A DNA stretch of 64,000 nucleotides. Origin: Psilocybe cubensis. Its lineage: Eukaryota. This document shows positions 52,035 to 64,000 of this stretch, one piece after another. The notes beneath the pieces were generated by a model, which worked only from the letters and a program-made list of their open reading frames with translations, had not been told where the DNA came from and made no database searches. Position 1 is the first letter of the stretch. Each line of letters starts with the position of its first letter. The stretch spans positions 744,001-808,000 of the forward strand of contig CM039001.1 of assembly GCA_017499595.2 (NCBI GenBank), read 5' to 3'. Made by a program: the position numbers and the translations under genes.

Positions 52035-53753
52035 CTAATTGTCATCTGTACTCTCTTCAGAAGAATATGCTTCAGACATGAAATTCTCCAAGTCAATTGA
52101 CCAGGTGCGTTCGCCTTCACCATCTGTGGTATCACTTAAAAATGGATCCTCCTTTTTCTCTTCAGCAATGCTATAGGTTGCCAGCCTGGCTTTTGCTCTA
52201 TCAGAGGCCTCACGATTGGGAGCGTTTATTCGTCTCCACATCAATTTCCAAGACTGGATTTTGGCAAGTTGTTGTTGGCGTGGAAGAGTTTTGATAGATT
52301 TCTGAGGTCGACAGCCATAAATACGGTATGTGCCATGTTCAGCGGCAAACATGTGTCCTTGAAGAAGGCCTCCAGGATGGAGACTAATGATAGCACGATT
52401 GTCTTCATCAAAAAACATACTGTTGTCAGCCATGTAGCCTCGCCATTCGAAGAATATTTCAGTGTTGAAGAACTTTGGGACTGAATGAAGAGATCGCATG
52501 ACGCCCCGAAATCTTCCAAAGTTGAAATATGCCCAAATATGCCTTGAGGTGGAGGACGGATAGATTTCGAAGGTGTATAATTTTTTGTGAGACCTAGATT
52601 CATCGTAAGAACCATCCAGTGAAGGGATTTCCATTTCGTATAATCCAGGCCACTCTGACAGCTCTGCATGTTTCTCCTTCGCCATCAAGTTCGGTATTTC
52701 CGACGAAACCATCTCTTTTTGAAGAATAGACTGGACCGCAGGGAGCCTATCAAACAATATCTCCAGCAATTGGCGAGCTCTTTTATGCGTTAGATCGCTG
52801 ATGCTGTCCCGTACAGCATACGTTTCGATATCATAAGTAGGCTCATCTGGCTGTAATTTATTGAATTTTTTGATGGCAGCCCTTGGCTCCGTTGTCCTCC
52901 TGGGTCTCGAACCTCTGAAACTTCCAGCAGTGGCTTTGAGTCCTCCTCGTTTCGTCCTTCTGGTGAATGTCGATGATTTTGGGTCAGAACCCTTAACAGG
53001 AATATCACGATTTCCCTCAGGTATCCCGAATAGATCAGCGACCGTAGGGGTTACCGTCAGTGTGTTCAGATTTGGTTCATCTTCTGGTGAAGATGACTCG
53101 ACGTAAAGTATCTTGTGTCTGGATGTGGTCACACGCTTCCCTTCCGACGACTGCGCCCCCACGGAAATCTCATCTGGGCTAATTGTATTGGTTTCATGGG
53201 ATATGTGCTTGGTCCTGGCCCTTTTTGTTGATGATACAACTCTTTTGTATTCAGCATGCCCAGAAACATGATCGTTTTCTGTCGTAAGACTTTCGCCCTC
53301 GCTCTTCCGAGTGTCTGACGCATCCACCATATCCGTCGTCACTGAATTCGACTGATTCCGCTTCATCCTGGATTCGAGTTCAAGGATGGATCGAGGAACT
53401 TCCAAAGTTCTGCCATCTTTCCCGCCAAAGGCCTCCAGCAGTTTTTTCTTTGCGGCACTCTTGGTTTTCAGGGGTTTAAAACCGTAATGTATTAGTTGGG
53501 CGCTGTAAAAGTGCGCCGGATAGTTTAAATATGAGTCGACAACGGCTGACCATATCCTTTTCCCGTTCTCGTTGACTGCTGGCGGAGGTGGTACATAAGA
53601 AAGGTGTTCATAAAGCTCAGGGGCACTTTTCCTTGCATGGACATAGCCATCGAATGTTGCATAGAATGTACCGTCTTTGAAAACAAAGTCGCTCTCCGTC
53701 GAGAAAGTCCCTGGAAGAGTAGTTGTTGAACGGGGATCTTGGGGAGGATCCAT
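52035..53753 (-). CDS. Fungal hypothetical protein (572 aa), tandem paralog
   Basis: Intact ORF. Shares the N-domain (HFYSAQLIHYG) and C-domain (EIYPSSTSRHIWAYFNFGRFRGVMRSLH...FFEWRGY...PGG) with the 49704 locus. Confidence 0.85.
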   Translation of the reverse strand: MDPPQDPRSTTTLPGTFSTESDFVFKDGTFYATFDGYVHARKSAPELYEHLSYVPPPPAVNENGKRIWSAVVDSYLNYPAHFYSAQLIHYGFKPLKTKSAAKKKLLEAFGGKDGRTLEVPRSILELESRMKRNQSNSVTTDMVDASDTRKSEGESLTTENDHVSGHAEYKRVVSSTKRARTKHISHETNTISPDEISVGAQSSEGKRVTTSRHKILYVESSSPEDEPNLNTLTVTPTVADLFGIPEGNRDIPVKGSDPKSSTFTRRTKRGGLKATAGSFRGSRPRRTTEPRAAIKKFNKLQPDEPTYDIETYAVRDSISDLTHKRARQLLEILFDRLPAVQSILQKEMVSSEIPNLMAKEKHAELSEWPGLYEMEIPSLDGSYDESRSHKKLYTFEIYPSSTSRHIWAYFNFGRFRGVMRSLHSVPKFFNTEIFFEWRGYMADNSMFFDEDNRAIISLHPGGLLQGHMFAAEHGTYRIYGCRPQKSIKTLPRQQQLAKIQSWKLMWRRINAPNREASDRAKARLATYSIAEEKKEDPFLSDTTDGEGERTWSIDLENFMSEAYSSEESTDDN

Positions 53754-54118
53754 ATGAATGGTCGTGATGGTGGTGGTGTAGAATGCTTGGTTAAATCAAA
53801 TCAAATCAAATCCCACAAAAAAATGCCACAAGAGTCGGGGCCACGCGACCTCATTAACACGCTACACGTGATCGTTACTCCAATCTCGACAAACTCGTGA
53901 GTCCATTCGAGGACTCTCAACGTAACGTTCATTTACGAATAAGCAGTAAATTCGAGTTTTGAAGCTCTCTTTCGGCTACTCACATTGCGACGTCACGGTG
54001 AGTAACCTGATTTATTAAAAAATAGTCATTTAAGAAACCGAAATATGGTTGTATTTAGAAAGTTGCACGAATTGGAAGTTCAACCGCCTCTACTGCGCTA
54101 CGAATATCCCTTCTCGAA

Positions 54119-56037
54119 ATGTCGACATTTGCCTTTTTGCCTCGGTCCATCAAACAAAGAAAGGCTGAAACACCTGCGAAACAAGATCAAGTAAGTTCCA
54201 GTGTTGCTTCGATATCGACACTTGCTGGAGCTCCAATCGCAAGTGAGAGTCAATCTTCCAAGAAATGGAAAGGAGATGCCAAAGGAAAAGCAAAGGACCC
54301 CACAGATCTTCAAACATCTTCTGGACATAAGGCTATTCTACATTCATCCGCAAAGTCTCTTGAACCAGAAGACCTTGCTCGCGTTGTCTGTCTGGCGTTG
54401 TCCGATTATAATTTGTGGTCGGACTCTGATCTGAGGCGGAAGATTGATTGGGCAGGTGGTGGAGAGTTTGGCCAAGAAGACAATGTTTCGATTGATGATC
54501 AAGGTGGAAAACTTGGAGAAGATTCGGGATGTAAGTTCAAGTCTTTCTCTGCCTAGTTGATTGTCCCAGATGTCATGAAGTTCACGACCTTTAAAGATAT
54601 TCCCCTAAGTTATATCAAGAAGAATTCTGCCGTGTTTCTCCAAGCCACCTCGTCCCCATCTTATATCGAGCAACCGGACATTGCATATGTGAAAGCGCTA
54701 CGAAGTCATGCATCCTACCTGGTGGATGTAAGACTTGTCTTGTCCACTGATCAATCATCCAACTTCGCCCCAGAACGCTGGCCAAGAACAGGATCTTCCT
54801 CAACTGGATATGAAGTGAGGCGAAAGAAACCAATTGCCAACTCAAGAGAATTCGGAAAGTCGGAATGGGACAAGTTGACGGTATATATTGTATGTGTCTC
54901 GCCTCGTGATTTATCTACCTGCGTTAAATGTTTTCCCAAGGAAAATATTCCGGTTCAATATCGCAGCGTGTATGGGGTTGCCAAAGTCGTTTCGTCGCTG
55001 TTACCATACTCGGAATACCCCATGTCGAAGGTTCAAAATGTTTCTTTCCCATCCCATCATAATGATCGCCCTGGTACATTGCCCACATGCAAAGGATTTG
55101 CACTGGTTACGCTAGCTTCGGATGACGATGTAAACTTCCTCCTTGATGAATGGCCTTGGGAAGAATCTAATCATGACTCCAGCCAAAAGTCCCCAGAGCC
55201 CCGTTCCGACGATCCCATTAGACGAGAATCCTCAAAATTCGGTCTACGTTGCCTCAACAAAATTCGTTGGGATGAACTCAAGGCAGAATATCTCCTGTAC
55301 CGACAACAACTCATCGCAGAAGTTGACGCTGACAACAAGGTTCAAGAACAGATCAATAAGATGTCATCGAATAACTTGAAGGTGTCCCAACACTCAATGC
55401 CCCCAGCCATCAATAAACCCGACAAAGTTCCAGTAGCAGAACATCTGGAAACAACTGAACAGGGACAAAAAGACTTTCAGCCAATTCATGCGGAATCGTC
55501 GTATCCTTCTGGGTGCCTTGTCTTCGTACGAAATATTCATCCAGAAACGAACAAAACGTCGCTTCGCGCGTTGTTTTCTCAATTTTCGCAAAAAGACGAA
55601 AAAGAATTGGCCTTGTCGATCAACAAGACCGATGGGCTAGATTATGTGGACTACACCAAGGGTTTAGATTCTGTAAGCTTTACATTTCTGTAGCCTTTTT
55701 CAACCCCATTCTCACCAATTGCTAGTGCTATTTGCGGTTTAGCACACCATCACATGCGAAGGAATTCGTAAAATATTTTACATCCCATCATATTGGTCAG
55801 GAAACTGGGTTGGACGACAGTGGAGAAATGCTTTCGTCTACGTCGCAAGATAAATCCCCCAAACTTGCAATCATTCCTGAAATGGTTTCTGGCAGGCGGG
55901 AAGAACTTTACTGGCAAAAGGTTCCCGAAAGAGTGAGAAGGCAAGCGGTGGATAAGGCACTGAGTATCTTAAACGTTGGAGATGCCCAAACATTCCAATT
56001 CGAGAGAACGTCCGGAAAGAAACGTCGAAGGCGGTAA
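54119..56037 (+). CDS. LARP7/Pof8/p65-like La-related protein (La motif, RRM1, xRRM)
   Basis: LSDYNLWSD...G|YIPLSY (La motif); TVYI|ENIP...CKGFALVTL (RRM); GCLVFVRNI...DYVDYTKGLDS|CYLRF...GRREELYWQKV (xRRM). Three GT-AG introns. Confidence 0.78.
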
Positions 56038-56635
56038 TGAGGTCAGCTCTCATTCATTTTTTGTATGATTGCTTTATTGACATTTATTCTTTGACAATCG
56101 TTAGATTCTTACACCGCAGCTTTAGAATATGCCGTCGATGGATATAACTTGCATATGCACCCTCGTCTTGAATTTCGCAGTGGGCCTATGTTTTTTGATT
56201 GGATTTTTTTTTTCAGAAATGAGACCCTGGTTATCCTTCTGAGTTTTATATGTCTTGACCACTCCTTCTATTTTTTGAGTTCGTAACTGTTCGACCTCCT
56301 ATAATAATTTCCTGGCAGGTCAAATGAACCATTTCGTCAATTCAACATTCGCACACCTGTCGTGTTGCACGTGTACACTAGAAATTGCCATATAGGGACA
56401 AGTTCATTTAACAACTTTCATGACTTGAAGCACCTTTGCCTTCACCTCACCTCTGCGCTACCTCTCACACCCTTAATCCGACATGATCTAACTACTACGA
56501 CTACCGTGAGCAAAGTTTGGATACCAATCTTGAGATTATGTCTGATTTCAGCCTCATAGAATCTCTATCAATTAGTTCACGTCAACACCCCTTTCGTCAT
56601 TCTATTAGAACTTTGTCAATAACTATTTCATTACT

Positions 56636-58774
56636 ATGGGCTCAGGACAGTCAAAATTCGGTCGTGGAAACAAGAATGCACAATATCCCTACGGCTACCC
56701 CCCGTTTTCTCATTACTCTGGCACTCAGCAACCTTTCATTCCCCCATACAATGCTGGAGGCGGATTCATACCACCAGGACAAGCTATGTTTCCTCCGCAG
56801 ATGCAACAGTATGGTGTCATACCGCCCGAATTCTATGGACAGGCTGCTTACAACCGGCCTCCACGTATGATGGGCTGGCTACCTCAAGACAAACCGGTAA
56901 AGAAAAAGAAGAAATCGAGGAGAACGAATTCGGAGAATTTTGTAGGAGGCTTTGCGGGAGAGGCACCCGCCGAGAGTATGATATCCAAAACTCGCATATC
57001 GGATATTTCTGAATATGTGTCACAGCGCGACCTCGACGTGCACAATCCGAGTCACACAATCGACCTGATCCTGATCGGCCTAACATGCCTGCTCCAGAAA
57101 TTCAACGTGGGTTTATGGCTTTACAATCATTCGTAATAGGGTAATAATTTCTACTATTTAACAGGGTCAACTACGGCCCATTCATCTCGAGGACATGACC
57201 GTCGTGCACCAACTCCTTTCATCCCTCCTCAAAGTCACAGACACGACGATCGAGATGAAGACGATGACGATCGACGAAGAGGCCTTCGTAATACCGATAT
57301 GAATAGAAGGCAATCGCGCCGACGCTCCCCCATTCGATACGATACACCGGAGCCGATTGACGATGATATTCAAAGGATTTTGAGGCCTATGCCATCTGCC
57401 GAGTCGGTTGTGTATGGTCCCAAGGGTGAAAGGCCAAGAAGACGTCTTACGAATCCTCTACCTGAACCTCCTCGAGATATTTATGAGATGACTCCCTACA
57501 AAGCCCTTGCCAGCTTACCAAGAACGTCTGCTGCTCTGCTTGCAACCTCGTATGGATCTCGACAACACGTATATGATGCAGAGAATCCGGCGGTAAAGAG
57601 AAACAAATCAATGAAGGGCATACTTCGAGCATTTAGCAAAAAGGAAAAGAAAGATCCTGTTGTTGTCGTTCCGATATTCAAAAATGGATCTCAGGTTCAA
57701 TTCCAATCCCAGCTCACACAGCCGCAAATGCAATTTCCACAACCTGATGCACAATTTGCATCTCAAGCTCCGCAAGGCCCGCTGCAGCAATCTATGCTGG
57801 TGCAACCTCAAATGCAAATGCCTCAAGGGCCAGGAACATCTGCGCCCGACATACCTCTAATGGCACAATCGCAACTCACACAACCCCAAATGCAAATGCC
57901 GCAGCCCGGACAAAGTCAATCAGATATTAATCAAATGCAGCAATCTCAATTGACACAACCACAAATGCAAATGCCTCAAGGACTTGGACCTACGCCTGAT
58001 ATACCCTTGATGCAGCAATCTCAGCTCACTCAAGCCCAGATGCAGATGCCTCAACCTAATGCGGACACGCTTCACCGTTCGGGATCGTGGTCAAGTAGAA
58101 AGTACGGAGGAGGGAATACACCTGGGCCAAATCATCTCCAGCCGCAGAACATTCAGTTCCCTCAGCCCGTTGGCGGGGGTTCTCATTATGGTTCGTCACC
58201 AATGCACTCACATTCATCTCGTTCAGCCGATGTGATACCTTCATTTCCCCCAATTCCTCCAGTACTGAGCAATCCGCCGCCCATTAAGTTCGACCAATCC
58301 AGTCCGTTGAATGGTTTCTTAAGTCATTCGCAGTACCGCGTTCTTTATCGAAATCAAACCTACCCAACAGCATTACATCTCCATGAAGCTATGAAGTTTA
58401 CCGATACCAAACCTGAGATCGCAGAGATAATCAGGAACTTGCCAAATATACACGACGTGTATCCCACAGCACAACACTATCAAGAATATATGAGGAATGA
58501 CTGGCAACACAAATGTGTTGAATTTGTGAGTTCTTTCCAAACTCCCTGAAACTTTCTCGTATGGCTTACACTTACCTGACAGATGGAAGAAGTCGTATAT
58601 TTAAAAACACGACAACATCCTGACCTGCGCGCCCTTCTTATGAACACCGGTTACGCGGATATTGAGTATATTGACAAGAATGATTCTTTCTGGGGAACTG
58701 GTCCAACAAACGATGGTCAAAACCACCTAGGCAAAATTATGACTCGCGTTCGCGAAAGATTACGAGTATTCTAG
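56636..58774 (+). CDS. NADAR (DUF1768/YbiA-like) domain protein with a long Pro/Gln-rich N-terminus
   Basis: Four exons splice in frame. C-terminal YPTALHLHEAMKF...RNDW...|MEEVVYLKTRQHPDLRALLMNTG...DSFWGTG...GQNHLGKIMTRVRERL. Confidence 0.85.
57704..58057 (+). repeat. Five coding repeats of QSQLTQPQMQMPQ
   Basis: Visible in the ORF 57299..58549 translation at ~25-28 aa spacing. Confidence 0.85.
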
Positions 58775-59157
58775 ACTTCACTTATTGTTTCCCTGTTCTC
58801 TCCCTTTGTTCCTATTCCTTGCGTCACCTATTTCATCTCTCATGCTCATCTTTCTGTACTACCACTTTTTTTATTTCCTTGATACCCTACATTTGGGTGC
58901 TACGTTGCTGGTTTTTATGCTGCTTTTCTGATCTCACATGAAAGTCACTGTGTTTTGAGATCCGTTAAGGTTCGACGTGTCCTTCTATCTTCGAATTAGT
59001 TGATATTAGCTTGTAGATAGAACAACGATATATTTGAAAATTCACATCGTAAATATTTCTCGGAGCACATCCCACACTGGTTATCATCATCACCACCAAC
59101 GAGAAATCGTGCGGAAGCCGATTGCGAACGGTGTACGAGCGCGTTCCGACAATCTCT

Positions 59158-60012
59158 TCACAATTTCGTCTTCCTATTGTGCACACTAGCAGAGTCACCA
59201 ACTATGGACGGTTTCATCTGATGTTGCGTGCCGGTGACAATCAACCTGTGGTTCTTGATATCCCAAATCTGCCCCCACCCCAAGAAATTAGACAACAGGC
59301 CTGAAGATTACAGTAAAAGGAGGAATGACGGACCTCACTTTGGCAGCATCCTATGTCGTCTGTAGCGGAAACCGAGCGGCTAACAATCCTGATTTTGGAG
59401 CCTCTAAAAGGTAAGTGCGTCAGGATACAAATAATATGTTCAACTAGTTATTCGACATACGCCGGAGGTGCGGGATGATGGAAGAAGAAACTGAAGGTCT
59501 GAGATACGCCTATCGATTGATTTTCGTCCTCCAACAATCTCATCAATAATAATGATATGGCGGACCCCCTAAATTGAAAACTCCCTGTAAGAATTCATCT
59601 TTCTGCAAGCAAGATAGACCGCGTACTCGTCCATTATACCTGTCATGCATCCCTGACTCAAAACTCCCTCTTCATTACACATTTCTAGTTCATTTCTATT
59701 CATAAGCTCTTTGAAACTTAATAACTCAGGCCAACTCGTGCGTTGCTCACCTGGAGTAACCTCGAGCTCACAGACCATTTTTGAAGACATCTTCTGCGGG
59801 TCGTCCGGAGAATGCTCTATGGAGACTTCCTTCACTTCCATCCGAGCCCTCGTCAAATGGCCAAAAGATGTACTTCCTCGCACGTCAAGCAACATAAACC
59901 ATCGAACTGCAGCCTCTTTAATGAAAGCAGACGCGTTTCCAGCTATTGAGGACATGATGTCTGGAGAGTGGCCATGATCTATGAGGTATTTCAGGTCACT
60001 TCGTGGGGACAT
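59158..60012 (-). CDS. HotDog-fold (PaaI/ACOT13-like) thioesterase-family protein 1
   Basis: IAGNAS...MVCELEVTP|EMCNEEGVLSQGCMTGIMDE|...GVSQTFSFFFHHPAP|GSKIRIVS...|IWDIKNHRLIVTGTQ. Confidence 0.78.
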
Positions 60013-60419
60013 AATTGAAGACACTGTAACCGAGAATGACACTTCTGGGAAGTTGGCCCCTGTTATAGAGAGATGGCCGCCGGGTATTCCATGACCGGGA
60101 ACATTCAACGCACTTGATAAGCCTGTATGGATGAAGTATGGGTGCAGTTCAATTGTCAGGTTGGGTCATATAGTAAACTAGCCTTCAAACCCGTAACCCC
60201 ATTGAGGGACTTGTAATTTGTAAGGCACTTTCGCTCAAGTCTTCTGCTCATGTTCGCTTGACCACAATATCGGTTCTAGATGATTATGTACTCTATAGGT
60301 TTGATTAATTAATGTAATAATCTAGCAGGATTGTTGGTATGACTGTAGTGTAGATAACTTATTGCGGGTTTAGAGTCTAGGGATGTTCGGGGTGTACTGG
60401 GTAAAATGGGTATAAATAA

Positions 60420-61219
60420 TCATCCCTTGAGCCATTTTGCGGGTCTTGAAGGCAATGTCGTTTGCTGAATTCCGGTGGCAATGAGTCGATGCTTGTCTTT
60501 GTCCCAAACCTAAAACCAAATTTCTGTAGGTCGTGACCTAATTGCTAGCAAAATTTCACTTACATCGCATCTCCCAGTATTTGTCTCTTCTCCGGATGCG
60601 AGAGACGTGCTTATGATGCGCAGCTTTGTACCACTACAAAAATATCGGAATTAGCGGCAAAAAATTAGCACACTTGTTAGTATACTGACATGACACCCGG
60701 GAAGTGAAAAAAAGTATTGATGGTTTGAGATACACCTGGAGGAGTGTTCAAACCGGTATGTGCATTAATAACGACCATGGCCAATGTAGAGCACCTATAT
60801 TTATGTTAAATGTATTGCAAGGAGAGCTGGCAAAATCTGTACGCACTCGTCAATAAGATAAATTATACATCCTTCATTTAGGATTCCATTACTATTACAC
60901 ATATCTAATGGGACAGTAGATTAAGTATAAACATCATTGCTGCATTCGCAAAACAATCACCTGGTGTTACTTCAATCTCGCAAGTCACCTTTCCTTCCGT
61001 TTTCAAAGGGTCATCACCGTTGGCCACCACAGAAACGTCGACGACATTGATCCTCGCTGAAATATTTCCTCCAAACCCTGACCCATTATTCCTGAAAATA
61101 GCCAGCCATTTCACAGGTATTTCCTTGAGTTCAACGGATGTATTTCCCGTTATGCTTGATGTGATGTCGTCCGGGAGGCGCCCTCGGAGAAAAGCTTCGG
61201 TTTCGACTTGATCTTGCAT
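60420..61219 (-). CDS. HotDog-fold thioesterase-family protein 2
   Basis: ITGNTS...VTCEIEVTP|DMCNSNGILNEGCIIYLIDE|CSTL...GVSQTINTFFH...|GTKLRIISTS...|VWDKDKHRLIATG. Confidence 0.78.
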
Positions 61220-61758
61220 AGATTTCAGTTTTTCACCGGTCAGAGCGCTTCAGAGCGGATTATGAGGGTATAGTGGAGGTCCCGAGATGCGAAAAATAAG
61301 CGTAATTCGAGGCGAACCGTAGCGGCATCGGAAACATAATGAAAAAATCACGGAAGAGAGTGTTCGACCCGGCTGAGGTGCTTCCGAGTCGCCGGGTTGG
61401 ATATTGCCAAGCAAGGTACAAGCGGATCCACGTGCGTCTGTGCTCGAGCGCCAAGTATCGTACGAGCGAATGGCAAGGTTCATATTTTAGCGCACGTCAA
61501 CAACCAATGTAGGTCCACGACCCTTACTACTGAGGCCGAGTGTTAGTTCAAAACGTCAAACCATTGACGAATGGGTCATAAAGACTTACACGGACATGGC
61601 CAATGACCTTCTTATGTTTGTTTATATCGAAACAGACAGTGTTGTTCTGGCCCGAAAGCCGTAGTCAACCCTGCATAGCTTGTTCGACTTTTATGCGTTA
61701 TATCTGACATAAGAACTGAATTTTCTTATCAGCGCACTGCTCTATATTTCAGACCGCG

Positions 61759-62570
61759 ATGGTGGACCTACATCACTTTCTACCAACGTCGATGAGCAAA
61801 TGGGCGTACAAAAAAGACCTGGATGTTTCTCACATTGATGGGAATGCATCGACGGAAGCCAAGAGATTTGGGCTTGCAATTCTTCACCTATTCATTGGCA
61901 CAAAAAGTACTTCCTTTGGCGCAGATATTGGTCAATACATGAACTGGACAGAAATGAATATCCACAAACAAGGTCAATACACCTTCGCAGAAACTGTATT
62001 CGAGGTCACTGTTTATCAAGGTATCGCCTTAATCCATTGATATGCATACTTGGGATGTGCACGAATTGGCTAATTTATCAAACCTTATAGATATGTGCAA
62101 TATTCACAGAATTTTACATGGAGCTTGCGCGGCATATATAGTAGATCTGTACGTATCAACCTTTGGAACTGTAACATTTCACAAGTTACCTACAATATCA
62201 AGGTGCACGAATGCGTCACTTGTATCTCTTGGAACGGCCGAGGGTTTTGACGGTACTGGAGTTTCTCAATTCATGAACCTCGTCTGGCACCATCCTATTC
62301 ATCTGTAAGTAAACGTTCTTTGATCTCAAATTTTACGTGATTGATTAGCTTAATTCGCAGAGGTAAAAAAATTAAGGTTGTCTCTACATCAGTGTCCGGG
62401 AAAGGCAGGCTAAGAACGATGCGGTGTGAGGTGAGTAGAGTGGCCCGGAAATTTTCCTCGGTACTTGAATAGATAATATGATTTTTCTTTAGCTTTGGAC
62501 TGATGGCCAGATTTGTGTATCCGCCGTCCATTCCACTGTCAATGTGGCCATCGTGAACGCCAAACTCTGA
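61759..62570 (+). CDS. HotDog-fold thioesterase-family protein 3
   Basis: IDGNAS...TVFEVTVYQ|DMCNIHRILHGACAAYIVDL|CT...GVSQFMNLVWHHP...|KIKVVSTSV...MRCE|LW. Confidence 0.82.
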
Positions 62571-62871
62571 GCGACAATATTTTGAAGCCGAAGTCTTCTA
62601 AATCCCTAACAATCATCTCGGCGGCTTGGCCTGTAGTATATTCTACAATGATACCCATCCATCTAAGCTATACCATCATTTTTGCCTCGTAGGGTAACAT
62701 TTGGACAAGTTATACCGAATCAAAAACAATGTATCCATATCTGCCCAGTGAAGTTGGGAGGCAATTCCATCGTCATTTCTTGAGTAACGGCTATGTGTGG
62801 CCCAGGCAGGGAGTGGTCGTCCACTAATAAACATGGCTGGGTATGTTGTGATGTACGTCTGGTGTATTCAT

Positions 62872-63728
62872 CTAACTTGAAGGAAGAGACTGTAGATAAG
62901 TGCGAAGTTTGTCCAATGCTTTGTAGCGATGCGAGATCTTGTTTTTCTCATCTGAAGGCATCTCAGCGTAGCTTGGAGAATTTTGTGTTAGATATAATAA
63001 ATATTGACATCAAGGTACTCACGTTTGCCCAGTTCCCAAAGGCTCGAAGATCGCGTCCCAGCCAAAGACTTTAGGACCCCGTGCAGGTACGATATTGCCC
63101 TCTGTACGACCCTCAAATATGATAGGTTCTGTTCCTGTAAATATTCAGATATAGACGCGTCCAAAGCCTCGATACACTTGTGGAACTTACCTGGACCTGC
63201 TGAGTAGGCAAACGTACACACTGCTTCAGCAGCTTTCGTGGGAAATCCAACTAGCAACGCGTTCAGTCCCTCGTGTCCCAGTTCGGCCATAAAATGCTTT
63301 ATGTAGGGCCCCGGTAGCCCTTTGAGTGCGACATAGCAGAGTGCAGTATCTTCCGTAATGCATGGTCCACCGATCTGAGAGTAGATGTCATAAGCCCAGT
63401 CAAAAATGGGATAGACGCGTCGAGAATGCTTACCATCTCGGCAGCTCTTCTGCACTTATCACTTGCGACTTCGATAGTGGTTCCCTGGATTTCAGGGACT
63501 GTGAACGTTCCATGTGAGAATTTGCATTCAGGGAAGCAATTATACGTGCTTACTTTCAAGACTCTGAGAATCGATCTCTATGGGATGTCCTCCTTCTGAA
63601 AGGATCTGCTTGACCTCCCTCAATTTGTTTGCATTGCCAGTGACGAATACTGAGAAAGATTGATTGAGCACATTGTTACTAGAAGGAAAAGCAACTTGAG
63701 TCATACCCAGACGTTTTGTTGATGCCAT
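62872..63728 (-). CDS. HAM1: Inosine triphosphate pyrophosphatase
   Basis: [60 protein letters not shown]. Confidence 0.96.
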
Positions 63729-64000
63729 TGATTGAAGAAAGGGTGAATTAAGAGAGAAAAACGCAACTGTGAGGATTGGTTTGCTAGAGTTTTGAGCGAT
63801 TAAAAGCAGCCCGGGTCCTTTAACTCATTACTTATCTTTGACAAAAAGATCGGCGAAGTCGGCAAGATCCGTCATTAAGCAGTGACTCGGTCGCGCGACG
63901 CGCAGCAGCCCATAATTGCATTACAAACCACAACGAACGCATATCCTCACAATTCACCGTTTCAAACGGAAATCCGTCGAAGATTATTATCAATAAATGT

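Noticed and set aside
56636..63728. 'House-cleaning' cluster (NADAR, thioesterases, HAM1)
   Set aside because: No shared pathway or regulatory evidence; proximity is probably coincidental without synteny data.

Overview
Intron-rich fungal genomic DNA from an Agaricomycete (mushroom-type basidiomycete, judged from the ~50-60 nt introns and the gene families; the species cannot be determined). About 26 protein-coding loci can be supported. Housekeeping blocks occupy ~1-21 kb (GST, SNRNP40-like WD40, CUL1, DUF4470/MYND, MET16, TMEM135-like, TMA22) and ~54-64 kb (LARP7/Pof8-like, NADAR, three HotDog thioesterases, HAM1). Between them lies a plastic interval (~26-42 kb) bounded by two non-autonomous DNA-transposon-like insertions: a 684-bp foldback with a 3-bp TSD and a hAT-like relic with an 8-9 bp TSD. 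That interval holds three related small secreted Cys-rich peptide genes, a ~2-3 kb tandem duplication, and a GC-rich, slippage-inflated, strand-skew-switching segment carrying a probable Arb1 (Argonaute chaperone) gene. Other oddities are a GA-AG intron in MET16, 3-nt and 4-nt micro-exons, a single-base frameshift in one of two tandem paralogs, and a putatively myristoylated Q/P-repeat NADAR protein. No rRNA, tRNA or CRISPR array was recognised. All calls are by-eye motif recognition and manual splicing; no searches were run.
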